Shown here: one piece after another, positions 1 through 6,997 of the stretch
How the letters are laid out: every line of letters begins with the position of its first letter
How positions within the stretch are numbered: the first letter of the stretch is position 1
Source: a virus
Taxonomy: Duplodnaviria > Caudoviricetes
Direction: 5' to 3' (one strand)
DNA: 33,429 nt
IMG/VR virus record: IMGVR_UViG_3300020469_000142
Location: 1 to 33,429 of that record
The notes under the pieces: model-generated
What the model was told of the DNA's origin: nothing
Seen by the model: the letters and a program-made list of their open reading frames with translations, nothing else
Database searches by the model: none
Translations under genes and position numbers: made by a program

Positions 1-6
1 CAAAAT

Positions 7-60
7 GATCTAAAAAAAGTGAAAAAAACGTTTACAAATGCGTCAGATAGTAGTATAATA
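7..60 (+). promoter_or_regulatory. T4-type early promoter P1 (sigma70-like) with A-tract UP element
   Basis: GTTTACA (TTTACA 31-36), 17-bp spacer, TATAAT 54-59; upstream AAAAAAAGTGAAAAAAA; AAGGA SD before ATG 90. Confidence 0.88.
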
Positions 61-89
61 TACACATAATTTGAAAAAGGAACTAAATC

Positions 90-350
90 ATGGAAAAATC
101 AATAAGCCAAATCCTAAACGAAATGATCGAATGGTCATGGGATATTTGGGACGAAAAGCGCGACATGGGTCGTATTGCTATTGATGAAAATGATGATCAT
201 GGCTTTACTAAAAAAGATGTACGCAAAGTTGTAAAAGCTTTTGATGGTCGCTTTTTCGAAGATGATGAATCATTCCATTTGGTATTACCAATGGATATCT
301 TGAAAGCACATCAAGGTGATGTGTTCTTTCGCCCCGGTCGACCATTATAA
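90..350 (+). CDS. hypothetical early protein, 86 aa
   Basis: ORF track; AAAGGAAC SD; first gene after P1. Confidence 0.8.
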   Translation: MEKSISQILNEMIEWSWDIWDEKRDMGRIAIDENDDHGFTKKDVRKVVKAFDGRFFEDDESFHLVLPMDILKAHQGDVFFRPGRPL

Positions 351-359
351 GGATATATT

Positions 360-506
360 ATGAATGACCTAAACCAAATACGCTTTCACGGCGTAATGAA
401 TCTCAAAGACTGGTACTACATGTTTGGTGATCTTGACTATTACTTTGGTCATGATCACGATCAATCCTGGTGGGATGCAAAAACAACAAAGTCATGGATA
501 TTATAA
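360..506 (+). CDS. hypothetical early protein, 48 aa, aromatic/acidic (MNDLNQIRFHGVMNLKDWYYMFGDLDYYFGHDHDQSWWDAKTTKSWIL)
   Basis: Translated by hand (not in ORF track); TAAGGA SD; fills the gap between neighbouring genes. Confidence 0.7.
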   Translation: MNDLNQIRFHGVMNLKDWYYMFGDLDYYFGHDHDQSWWDAKTTKSWIL

Positions 507-515
507 GGAGCAAAA

Positions 516-731
516 ATGACTGACCTAGAACTTTACTTGGATCACAATATGATCTATCGCAATGATGGATCATTCGTTCTAAACAGCAAATATGATGTAT
601 TTGTTAGAGGACTCGAAGCTATTATACAGCGCGAAAGAGAACAAGTAATTGACAATGCTGCTGACCAAATCAGTAGAATTAAAGCTGACTTGTATGGACA
701 AGATTCGCTTCCTCTAATTACTGGAGCATAA
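516..731 (+). CDS. hypothetical early protein, 71 aa
   Basis: ORF track; TAAGGAG SD. Confidence 0.8.
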   Translation: MTDLELYLDHNMIYRNDGSFVLNSKYDVFVRGLEAIIQREREQVIDNAADQISRIKADLYGQDSLPLITGA

Positions 732-732
732 C

Positions 733-1188
733 TTGGCTAGCCAATACATCACTGGCGTTAAACTTAGATCTCTAGATCTAAAAATTATTGATGAGTTTGT
801 TGCTAATTTGCAAGAAGAACTTAACATACATCGTTTAAGATCTAAGTGGATCAACATAAAATTTGTTAAGAGTGTTGATGGTAATATGGGTGATTGTATT
901 GGCGATACGTCAGATGTTGACATACGCATTAATAAGACCATGGATTGGAAAGATCAGATGATTACTCTAGCTCATGAAATGGTACATGCTGAACAGTTTC
1001 TTCGTGGGAAGTTAACTGATGGTGCATACTGGCGTAATAGAAACTATGAAAAATGCGAATATGAACGTCTGCCATGGGAAATGTCAGCTCATCAACTAGA
1101 AGAAAAGCTTTACGAAAAGTGCTATCCTGAGTGGGCTCCTATGTATCCTGTTGGATTACCAGCAGACTTTAGAAAAAGCGGTTATTAG
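733..1188 (+). CDS. HExxH zincin-like putative metallopeptidase
   Basis: ITLAHEMVHAEQ motif plus downstream YERLPWEMSA (candidate third ligand E); TTG start with GGAG SD. Confidence 0.7.
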   Translation: MASQYITGVKLRSLDLKIIDEFVANLQEELNIHRLRSKWINIKFVKSVDGNMGDCIGDTSDVDIRINKTMDWKDQMITLAHEMVHAEQFLRGKLTDGAYWRNRNYEKCEYERLPWEMSAHQLEEKLYEKCYPEWAPMYPVGLPADFRKSGY

Positions 1189-1201
1189 TATATAACTAAT
1201 T

Positions 1202-1298
1202 GATCTAAAAAAAGTGAAAAAAAGTGAAAATAATCGTTTACATTTGCTTGAAAGTATGTTATAATATCTATATTACATAATTAAATAAGGAGTTAAAT
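1202..1298 (+). promoter_or_regulatory. early promoter P2 plus leader/RBS cassette
   Basis: (AAAAAAAGTG)x2, TTTACA 1237-1242, 17 bp, extended -10 TGtTATAAT (TATAAT 1260-1265), RBS TAAGGAGTTAAATATG. Confidence 0.92.
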
Positions 1299-1784
1299 AT
1301 GCAAAAACTAGCAATTCACACACAATATCGTGAAAACTATGCCGCACATAATGAAAATTATGATCATGGCGTTGATCAACCACATTGGAAATTTAAAGGC
1401 GGCACTACTTATGTGTTTCCTAATTTTAAGGACTTTAACAAAGTTAATGATATTGTGGCTCAAATCACTGATATGATTGAGTTTTCTAATGAAGCCGCTG
1501 AAGAGTATATCCTTAGTTGGAGTATAGTTCCTCATTCAGAAAAAGTCTGTGAAGATTGGGATAATCCAATTGAGCTTTCTTTCAAGGGCGATGATATTAT
1601 CGCTATCAAAATCACTGACAATCGTGAAGGCGGTTGGATGCGTGATGAAATACTTGAGCATACTGAAACTTGGACTATGGGTTCGTATAATCAAAGACTT
1701 AATTACAAAGGCGAATACCTTATGAATGATGGAGAGTTTGTTTCTCATGAAGGTTTACGTCAATGGCTAAAGGATGCAGCATAA
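1299..1784 (+). CDS. hypothetical early protein, 161 aa
   Basis: ORF track; strong TAAGGAG SD; first gene after P2. Confidence 0.85.
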   Translation: MQKLAIHTQYRENYAAHNENYDHGVDQPHWKFKGGTTYVFPNFKDFNKVNDIVAQITDMIEFSNEAAEEYILSWSIVPHSEKVCEDWDNPIELSFKGDDIIAIKITDNREGGWMRDEILEHTETWTMGSYNQRLNYKGEYLMNDGEFVSHEGLRQWLKDAA

Positions 1785-1793
1785 AAATAATTG

Positions 1794-1874
1794 AAAAAAA
1801 GTGAAAATAATCCTTTACATTTCTAAAAAACTATGTTATAATATACATATTAGATAAATTAATTGGAGTTAATT
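1794..1874 (+). promoter_or_regulatory. early promoter P3 plus leader/RBS
   Basis: AAAAAAAGTGAAAATAATCC, TTTACA 1814-1819, 17 bp, TGtTATAAT (TATAAT 1837-1842), RBS GGAGTTAATTATG. Confidence 0.9.
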
Positions 1875-2144
1875 ATGAAAAAAGTGATAAGCGAAATCCT
1901 AAAAATCGACAATTCTGCCGATTTAAATGAAGCAATCAGAGCTATCAAAGCTCAACAAAAAGCAATCAAGGCTATGGAAGTAGCTAAGAAAAAAGCTGTT
2001 TTCTCAGCGGGCCAAAAGGTCAAAATCAAGTCAAGGAATCAAATTCTTAAAGGCGTTATTGAAAAAATCAATAGAACTAAAGCTATTGTTTTAATCGATG
2101 ACAGACGTTATGACGTACCTTTAACTATCATGGAGGCAGCATAA
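1875..2144 (+). CDS. small basic protein, C-terminal half resembles an SH3/KOW-like beta-barrel
   Basis: Start moved to ATG 1875 behind the GGAG SD; GQKVKIK...KGVIEKINRTKAIV...YDVP pattern; fold is an inference. Confidence 0.75.
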   Translation: MKKVISEILKIDNSADLNEAIRAIKAQQKAIKAMEVAKKKAVFSAGQKVKIKSRNQILKGVIEKINRTKAIVLIDDRRYDVPLTIMEAA

Positions 2145-2320
2145 TGTTTGTTGCTAATTTTCTTAACATGGCTCAAGAGCCAGTGAATGTCAAAATTACT
2201 TTTGGCGAGTTCATACAATCAAAAATCAGTCGCAAAACATTTTTGGACAGCTTATCTGATAAGTTCCAAAGACCTTTTGCTACTGAGTTTTATTACAAAG
2301 GAACTATGTATGTCAGTTGA
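2144..2320 (+). CDS. hypothetical early protein, 58 aa (MFVANFLNMAQEPVNVKITFGEF...EFYYKGTMYVS)
   Basis: Translated by hand; TAATG overlap with upstream stop; GGAGG SD. Confidence 0.72.
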   Translation: MFVANFLNMAQEPVNVKITFGEFIQSKISRKTFLDSLSDKFQRPFATEFYYKGTMYVS

Positions 2321-2639
2321 AGAAATGAAAGTTGAGTTAGAAAGACTTGATACTCTAAAGTGGGATCTTAAGTCTGTTGTTGATAACGTCAATGACAAAA
2401 CTCGTGAAATTAAGTATGACAATACTCCTATGGAAATCTATATGCATGTTGAGCACCTAGCTGAAAAACATGGTGTTGATATTAAATACGAAGTAGATGC
2501 TATACGCGAAAAAGTTAATCTATTGGAATCAGCAATTTATGAGCTGGTATCTCCATTCGAATCTGAGCTAAGAGATGCTGAATACAAGCATGATGATCTT
2601 GAGTATGAGATTGAGGAGGCTGAAAATGGGAGCGACTAG
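2310..2639 (+). CDS. acidic coiled-coil-like hypothetical protein, 109 aa
   Basis: Start revised to ATG 2310 (MSVEEMK) with AAGGA SD; the 2187 start of the track overlaps the 2144 ORF. Confidence 0.78.
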   Translation: MSVEEMKVELERLDTLKWDLKSVVDNVNDKTREIKYDNTPMEIYMHVEHLAEKHGVDIKYEVDAIREKVNLLESAIYELVSPFESELRDAEYKHDDLEYEIEEAENGSD

Positions 2640-2988
2640 TTTCTATATGGGTTCATTAAGGTATTCACCTTGTGGCCGTAAACGTAAAAATCATGCAGCT
2701 AATCGTGTAAAGAAAAAGCCTATGAAGTTTACGCAAAATCTTACGCCGTCTGAAAGTCAGCTGGCAGTCTTACGCGAAAGGCAAGCAAAACAATATAAAT
2801 CTCTCATGGAAGAAGCTATGAAAAATGGCACCTATACTACTATGGGCGGCCATGGCTGTGAGAAGAAAGAAAGAATGCAGTATACTGGTACCTTAGTCAA
2901 AGGTATCGCTACTATGCATAAATCAAATGCCGTACCGGTAATCAATCAACAAGAAGCAATTGATATTGCTAACATGAGGAGAAGCTAA
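2626..2988 (+). CDS. basic hypothetical phage protein, 120 aa (YTGTLVKGIATMHKSNAVPV motif)
   Basis: Start revised to ATG 2626 behind GAGGAGG SD. Confidence 0.8.
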   Translation: MGATSFYMGSLRYSPCGRKRKNHAANRVKKKPMKFTQNLTPSESQLAVLRERQAKQYKSLMEEAMKNGTYTTMGGHGCEKKERMQYTGTLVKGIATMHKSNAVPVINQQEAIDIANMRRS

Positions 2989-3119
2989 TGTCTCAACCAC
3001 AACAAATCGAAAACCAAAAAGATCGTCTTGTCTTTGAAAAGAAGAAAGTAGAAGATCAGGCTAAAACCATTCAAGAACAAGCTGAGCGCATTGCTAAGCT
3101 AATGGAAGGTGGTCAGTAA
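2988..3119 (+). CDS. small coiled-coil-like protein, 43 aa
   Basis: Translated by hand (MSQPQQIENQKDRLVFEKKKVEDQ...); TAATG overlap; GAGGAG SD. Confidence 0.68.
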   Translation: MSQPQQIENQKDRLVFEKKKVEDQAKTIQEQAERIAKLMEGGQ

Positions 3120-3281
3120 ATGGAAGATTGGGATGTAGGTCATTACTTGATTCTATTTTTTATGGGTAGTCTAGCTCTAGCAGCTATTCTACTCACCAGT
3201 ATCAGGATACACTCTGATAAAAATAGAGCAGTATATGACAAACATCTCCATTCTAAACCACGAGATGGCGATAATACTTAA
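3120..3281 (+). CDS. small single-TM membrane protein, 53 aa
   Basis: Translated by hand; hydrophobic YLILFFMGSLALAAILLTSI; starts directly after the upstream stop. Confidence 0.65.
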   Translation: MEDWDVGHYLILFFMGSLALAAILLTSIRIHSDKNRAVYDKHLHSKPRDGDNT

Positions 3282-3371
3282 AAAAAGTGAAAAAAAGTGA
3301 AAATAATCCTTTACATTTGCTGAGTTTTGTGGTATAATATACATATATTCAAATTAAATAAGGAGTTAAAT
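3280..3371 (+). promoter_or_regulatory. early promoter P4 plus leader/RBS cassette
   Basis: (AAAAAAAGTG)x2, TTTACA 3310-3315, 17 bp, TGTGGTATAAT (TATAAT 3333-3338), RBS TAAGGAGTTAAATATG identical to P2. Confidence 0.92.
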
Positions 3372-3677
3372 ATGAATAGAATTGAAATGATAAAAGCTGC
3401 AGCTGAAAAAGCTAAAGCTAAAAGACAAGAAGAAGCTGATTTTCAAGCTTCAATTGTCAAACTTGATGCTCGTAAAGCTGAAAAGAAAGCTGAAATGAAG
3501 CTTCACAAGAAGCTAACAGCTTCAGTCAAAAAGGCTGGCAAACAAATGCCAGGATCTCTTGATTTTAATCGTGCTGAAAATATGTATTATTCAGAAAAAG
3601 ATACTGCTAGGTATCTTGAAGGTACATCTTATATGGACGCATACAACGCTAACAAATCTGCTGATGGAGAATGGTAA
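3372..3677 (+). CDS. Lys/Ala-rich basic helical early protein, 101 aa
   Basis: Start revised to ATG 3372 behind the TAAGGAG SD; the 3327 start of the track lies inside the promoter. Confidence 0.85.
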   Translation: MNRIEMIKAAAEKAKAKRQEEADFQASIVKLDARKAEKKAEMKLHKKLTASVKKAGKQMPGSLDFNRAENMYYSEKDTARYLEGTSYMDAYNANKSADGEW

Positions 3678-3967
3678 TGGCTAGAGGATCTCAAAACTTC
3701 GTAACCACTGTACATACTGCTTCTGCAGGCGATATGCTTGAACTGGAAACAATTCGTAAAGTTGTTAAGGTTATCAATAAAGAAAATAAATTTTCAGAAA
3801 AATATGCTAATGCTTCAGGTTATCTTCCTAGATACAGAGTAAAGTGTCAGGGCAGAGGTCCTAGGACTAAACATGCTCGAGCTGCTGGTTTACATCCAAG
3901 AGCTTATGACAGATCTATTCCACTTTCAGTAGCTGAAAGAATGGATGTTTATATATATCAGATATGA
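3677..3967 (+). CDS. hypothetical basic protein, 96 aa
   Basis: TAATG overlap; GGAG SD; ORF track. Confidence 0.78.
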   Translation: MARGSQNFVTTVHTASAGDMLELETIRKVVKVINKENKFSEKYANASGYLPRYRVKCQGRGPRTKHARAAGLHPRAYDRSIPLSVAERMDVYIYQI

Positions 3968-4134
3968 GAGTCCTAGTAGAAAACTACGGTGATGCTCGTA
4001 TCTTTCAGGATAGGCCTTTTGGATATCGTCGATATCATGTCGAATGGAAAGATGGAAGACGCACTATGTATTCCGGTCTTTGGTATAGTAAAAATAAAGT
4101 AAAAAAATTAGTGGAGGCTCAGCTTAATGACTGA
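3964..4134 (+). CDS. hypothetical protein, 56 aa (MRVLVENYGDARIFQDRPFGYRRYHVEW...)
   Basis: Translated by hand; ATGA overlap with upstream stop; fills the gap exactly. Confidence 0.7.
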   Translation: MRVLVENYGDARIFQDRPFGYRRYHVEWKDGRRTMYSGLWYSKNKVKKLVEAQLND

Positions 4135-4399
4135 ATTTGACAATAGAGTTGAAAGGCAAAGGCAAAAGCTAGCAGCTGAAGAGTGGGCTAATGTCCCTAA
4201 ATCAATTCATACCCATATGACATCATCTATGTGGTATGATACTAGGCCTCAAGATACTGAGGACAGTCACGTAACTGACGTTGAATATAATAGTGGATTA
4301 GTTGTAAGATCTAAAAAAGGTAAGACTATTCATACCTTTGGCAAAAGACTTACAGGCGATGCATTAATTGATTCATATAAGAAATACAATGAACGATAG
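4127..4399 (+). CDS. hypothetical protein, 90 aa
   Basis: ORF track; GGAGG SD. Confidence 0.8.
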   Translation: MTEFDNRVERQRQKLAAEEWANVPKSIHTHMTSSMWYDTRPQDTEDSHVTDVEYNSGLVVRSKKGKTIHTFGKRLTGDALIDSYKKYNER

Positions 4400-4616
4400 A
4401 AAAATGATTGAAGCTAAAACAATCTTATCTACGTTTTTAGATGGAGATTTAAAAGCTGAAACGTTCATTGATTACAACAATAATTATGGAGCTAGATTTT
4501 ATAGAAATCTAATTTGGATAACTGATGAAGTATATAAAGGTCATAGTCAACAGTATGCAGAAGATGCAGCTGAAAACTATGTTTTAGGAGTGAAACATCT
4601 TTATATACGTTCATAG
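4389..4616 (+). CDS. hypothetical protein, about 75 aa
   Basis: ORF track frame; start uncertain (4389 or 4404), probably translationally coupled. Confidence 0.7.
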   Translation: MNDRKMIEAKTILSTFLDGDLKAETFIDYNNNYGARFYRNLIWITDEVYKGHSQQYAEDAAENYVLGVKHLYIRS

Positions 4617-4621
4617 CTTTT

Positions 4622-4675
4622 GGCTCCCACCGGCGGTACTTTTAACTCCTTATCTAAAAACCCCGGTGGTGAGCC
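4622..4675 (+). ncRNA. long GC-rich hairpin with anti-Shine-Dalgarno apical loop (candidate antisense sRNA)
   Basis: GGCTC/GAGCC, CCACCGG/CCGGTGG, GGT/ACC, TTTTA/TAAAA stems; loop ACTCCTTATC; 4641-4653 is the reverse complement of 1285-1297 and 3358-3370. Confidence 0.6.
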
Positions 4676-4691
4676 TCTTTAAGGAAATATA

Positions 4692-5852
4692 ATGGGAAAA
4701 AGAGGACCTTCAATCGATGAAAAAATGATGGGACCAGAACCTAACTTTCATGGTGTCACATTTAAAAATGCAAGCGAAATTAAACTGGCTTTTTCTAAGT
4801 CATGTCATTGGTTTAACTATTTCTTTGATGCAAAGAAAAATGTTTCAGTAATACTTAAATTTGCTGAAAATGAAATGGGATTTAAGAAAAAAGATATTAC
4901 TGCTCTTAAGAAGTTATCTGATTCTAGATTAAATCAGGGTATTGGATCAATAGTAAGACTACATAATGTAGGCTTTGATTTGACAATTATAGGAGAAGAT
5001 ACTCCTATCGGTATTAATTACCTAGTAAGACTTAAAAATAAATTTAATGAACTTCTAAAAGAAGGTAAGTCTATTGCACAAGAAAAGAAAACACAGGCAA
5101 AAAATGTTGTAGTAATACCAGTTCAAGAAAGAACTCGTAGAAAAGTTATGGAAACCATGCATGCTGATTTTGATAAAATGGTTGTTGACAAATGGATGGA
5201 TGGAATATTTGAACCAAAAGAAATAATCTTCCCAACATATAGTCTTTTACAGTTGCATAAAATTAAAGGTGCTGGTATCAAGATTTTTGAAGAAAAGGTT
5301 AGGGAAGAATATAATCCAGTATCGGATGCTTATAACAAAACTTGTGATCAAGCTGTTGAAGCATATTCTCATATCAAAAAAGGCGATCTTCGTAAAATGA
5401 TGAAGGTCATGGAAAAAATATTTGACGATATCGATAGGACGCGAGCTAATGCTAAAGTAACCCGTTTACCTAGGGCTAAAACTAAAAAGACGTCAGACGA
5501 TCAAGTCAAAAATCTCAACTATATGAAAGAAGATGTTGATGCTAAATTAATGTCAATTAATCCTGTAATGATTCCAAGTAAAAACTGCTTATTTGTATAT
5601 AACACAAAAAATCGTATGTTATATCGCTATAAGAATGAATCAGTTTCAGGCTTTGAAGTAAGAGGTTCAACAATTTATAATTGGAATGAAGATTCTATTT
5701 GTATGAGACTTAGGAAGCCAGATGATATACTTCCTGATATATTAACCAAAACCGGAAACCAAATCGATAAGTTATTATCCAGTTTAACTACAAAAGTAAG
5801 TAAACCTACTGGAAGAATAAACAAAGATTGTATATTGTTGAGGGTTTTATAA
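4692..5852 (+). CDS. hypothetical basic protein, 386 aa, upstream of gene 33
   Basis: Long ORF; TAAGGA SD; no motif recognised. Confidence 0.85.
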   Translation: MGKRGPSIDEKMMGPEPNFHGVTFKNASEIKLAFSKSCHWFNYFFDAKKNVSVILKFAENEMGFKKKDITALKKLSDSRLNQGIGSIVRLHNVGFDLTIIGEDTPIGINYLVRLKNKFNELLKEGKSIAQEKKTQAKNVVVIPVQERTRRKVMETMHADFDKMVVDKWMDGIFEPKEIIFPTYSLLQLHKIKGAGIKIFEEKVREEYNPVSDAYNKTCDQAVEAYSHIKKGDLRKMMKVMEKIFDDIDRTRANAKVTRLPRAKTKKTSDDQVKNLNYMKEDVDAKLMSINPVMIPSKNCLFVYNTKNRMLYRYKNESVSGFEVRGSTIYNWNEDSICMRLRKPDDILPDILTKTGNQIDKLLSSLTTKVSKPTGRINKDCILLRVL

Positions 5853-5855
5853 TAG

Positions 5856-5956
5856 GGGCTACGAGCTCGGGCAGGGACAGGAATCGATCGATGATAAAAA
5901 GAACAATATTGATAAGCTTTAATATCACAACAGCATTCCATCCCGCCAACTTTTTT
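5856..5956 (+). other. structured intergenic element / possible attenuator upstream of gene 33
   Basis: GGC-A-GGGA-CA-GGAAT pairs with ATTCC-A-TCCC-GCC, followed by AACTTTTTT; inner ATATTGA/TTAATAT hairpin. Confidence 0.5.
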
Positions 5957-5966
5957 ACTAATAAAA

Positions 5967-6206
5967 ATGGAAGAACTTGAACATAAAATAATGACAAAGA
6001 AAAGATTTACACAGGCAGTAGAAGCTTGCGTATCTCGTAATAATATGAGTTATATAGATGCTATGACTTATGTTATAGAAGAAAGAGGTATGGACTATAG
6101 GAACGTAAAAAAGCTTTTGTCTGATTCTCTTAAAGTAAAATTAGAGCTTGAAGCTACTGATTTACATCTAATTCGTGGTACAAAGAAGAATACATTACCA
6201 ATATGA
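5967..6206 (+). CDS. 33: late promoter transcription co-activator gp33
   Basis: MSYIDA...KLLSDSLKVKLELEA...LI...LPI pattern and 33-59-32 synteny. Confidence 0.88.
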   Translation: MEELEHKIMTKKRFTQAVEACVSRNNMSYIDAMTYVIEERGMDYRNVKKLLSDSLKVKLELEATDLHLIRGTKKNTLPI

Positions 6207-6355
6207 TTAATTGGCTAGAATTACTGATGTTCACATTTGGTAGTATATTTACTATTGTTATGATACTATACTTGCCTGCCGCATATATTGAAAAAAAGTT
6301 TCCATTTGGAAAAAAGAAAGATAAAGAAACAAATTCAGGAGCTAAATTTGGTTGA
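6203..6355 (+). CDS. small single-TM membrane protein, 50 aa, between genes 33 and 59
   Basis: Translated by hand: MINWLELLMFTFGSIFTIVMILYLPAAYIEKKFPFGKKKDK...; ATGA overlap with gene 33 stop. Confidence 0.68.
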   Translation: MINWLELLMFTFGSIFTIVMILYLPAAYIEKKFPFGKKKDKETNSGAKFG

Positions 6356-6920
6356 TCCTTTTGAGTCATATAAATTATATAATGCATTGAAACTACATTT
6401 TGAATCTGATTATGATGCAATCAAATACAACTTTAAATCAAATGTTACTCCTAATTCATTCTTTAAAAGAAGAGATAAATACTTTTTTGCTAAGATAGCA
6501 AGAAATCAAAAAGATTTATTAAACTATTATGTATTTAATTTTGTAGAAGATGTAAAGTATATTGGAGATATGGAAGATCGACATTATACTAAGCATAAGA
6601 AGATACATGATTCGTTAACAAGAACATTTCAGTCGGATATAGATAAATTATCTGATGAAAAATTAGATGATCTATTGGTGGTTAAAAATATAAATCAACC
6701 GCCAAAGATTATTGAAAAGTGGATGCACGAAGAAATAACATTGGAAACATTAGTTATACTAAATGCAATCACGGACTTCATAACTATTGAAGGAAAGAAG
6801 ATTACTGAAACTTTGTTTTGGCCTGACATCTCTAAAAAAATTATGAAGTATAGTCCATTTGTAAAATTTCAAATGGATAAATATAAAATTATAATGCAAA
6901 AAACGTTTACAAATGCGTGA
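6348..6920 (+). CDS. 59: loader of gp41 DNA helicase gp59
   Basis: Y..Y.ALKLHF..DYDAIKY, FFKRRDKYFFAK, ITLETLVIL, KYSPF motifs; start revised to TTG 6348 behind AGGAG. Confidence 0.9.
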   Translation: MVDPFESYKLYNALKLHFESDYDAIKYNFKSNVTPNSFFKRRDKYFFAKIARNQKDLLNYYVFNFVEDVKYIGDMEDRHYTKHKKIHDSLTRTFQSDIDKLSDEKLDDLLVVKNINQPPKIIEKWMHEEITLETLVILNAITDFITIEGKKITETLFWPDISKKIMKYSPFVKFQMDKYKIIMQKTFTNA

Positions 6921-6934
6921 TTATGTGTTATAAT
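6898..6934 (+). promoter_or_regulatory. early-type promoter for gene 32, overlapping the 3' end of gene 59
   Basis: TTTACA 6906-6911, 17 bp, TGtTATAAT (TATAAT 6929-6934). Confidence 0.85.
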
Positions 6935-6997
6935 ATAATACTATATTATGGGTAAAGTGGATAATTCAGTAAATACAACGCAATACGGAGAAATACA

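Noticed and set aside
714-1748. Short minus-strand ORFs in the early region (also those at 5675-6420, 17020-17826, 22705-23099, 25695-26569, 30122-30370)
   Set aside because: Antisense to well-supported genes with no RBS or promoter support.
2187-2309. ORF-track N-terminal extensions (2187, also 1863, 2575, 3327, 6288)
   Set aside because: They overlap promoters or better-supported small genes; downstream starts have clear SD sites.
1-3374. Repeated AAAAAAAGTG blocks as a CRISPR array
   Set aside because: Copies are hundreds of bases apart, separated by genes, and explained as promoters.
4622-4685. Hairpin as a plain Rho-independent terminator, or as a cis pseudoknot on the adjacent TAAGGA RBS
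   Set aside because: The U-tract is poor (TCTTT) and the stem is long and bulged; a 4-nt linker cannot span a 20-bp stem for loop-RBS pairing in cis. Partial termination is not excluded.
5950-5956. C TTT TTT slippery-looking site in the uORF before gene 33
   Set aside because: Gene 33 is in the +1 frame relative to the uORF, so a -1 slip would not fuse them; the run is better explained as a U-tract.
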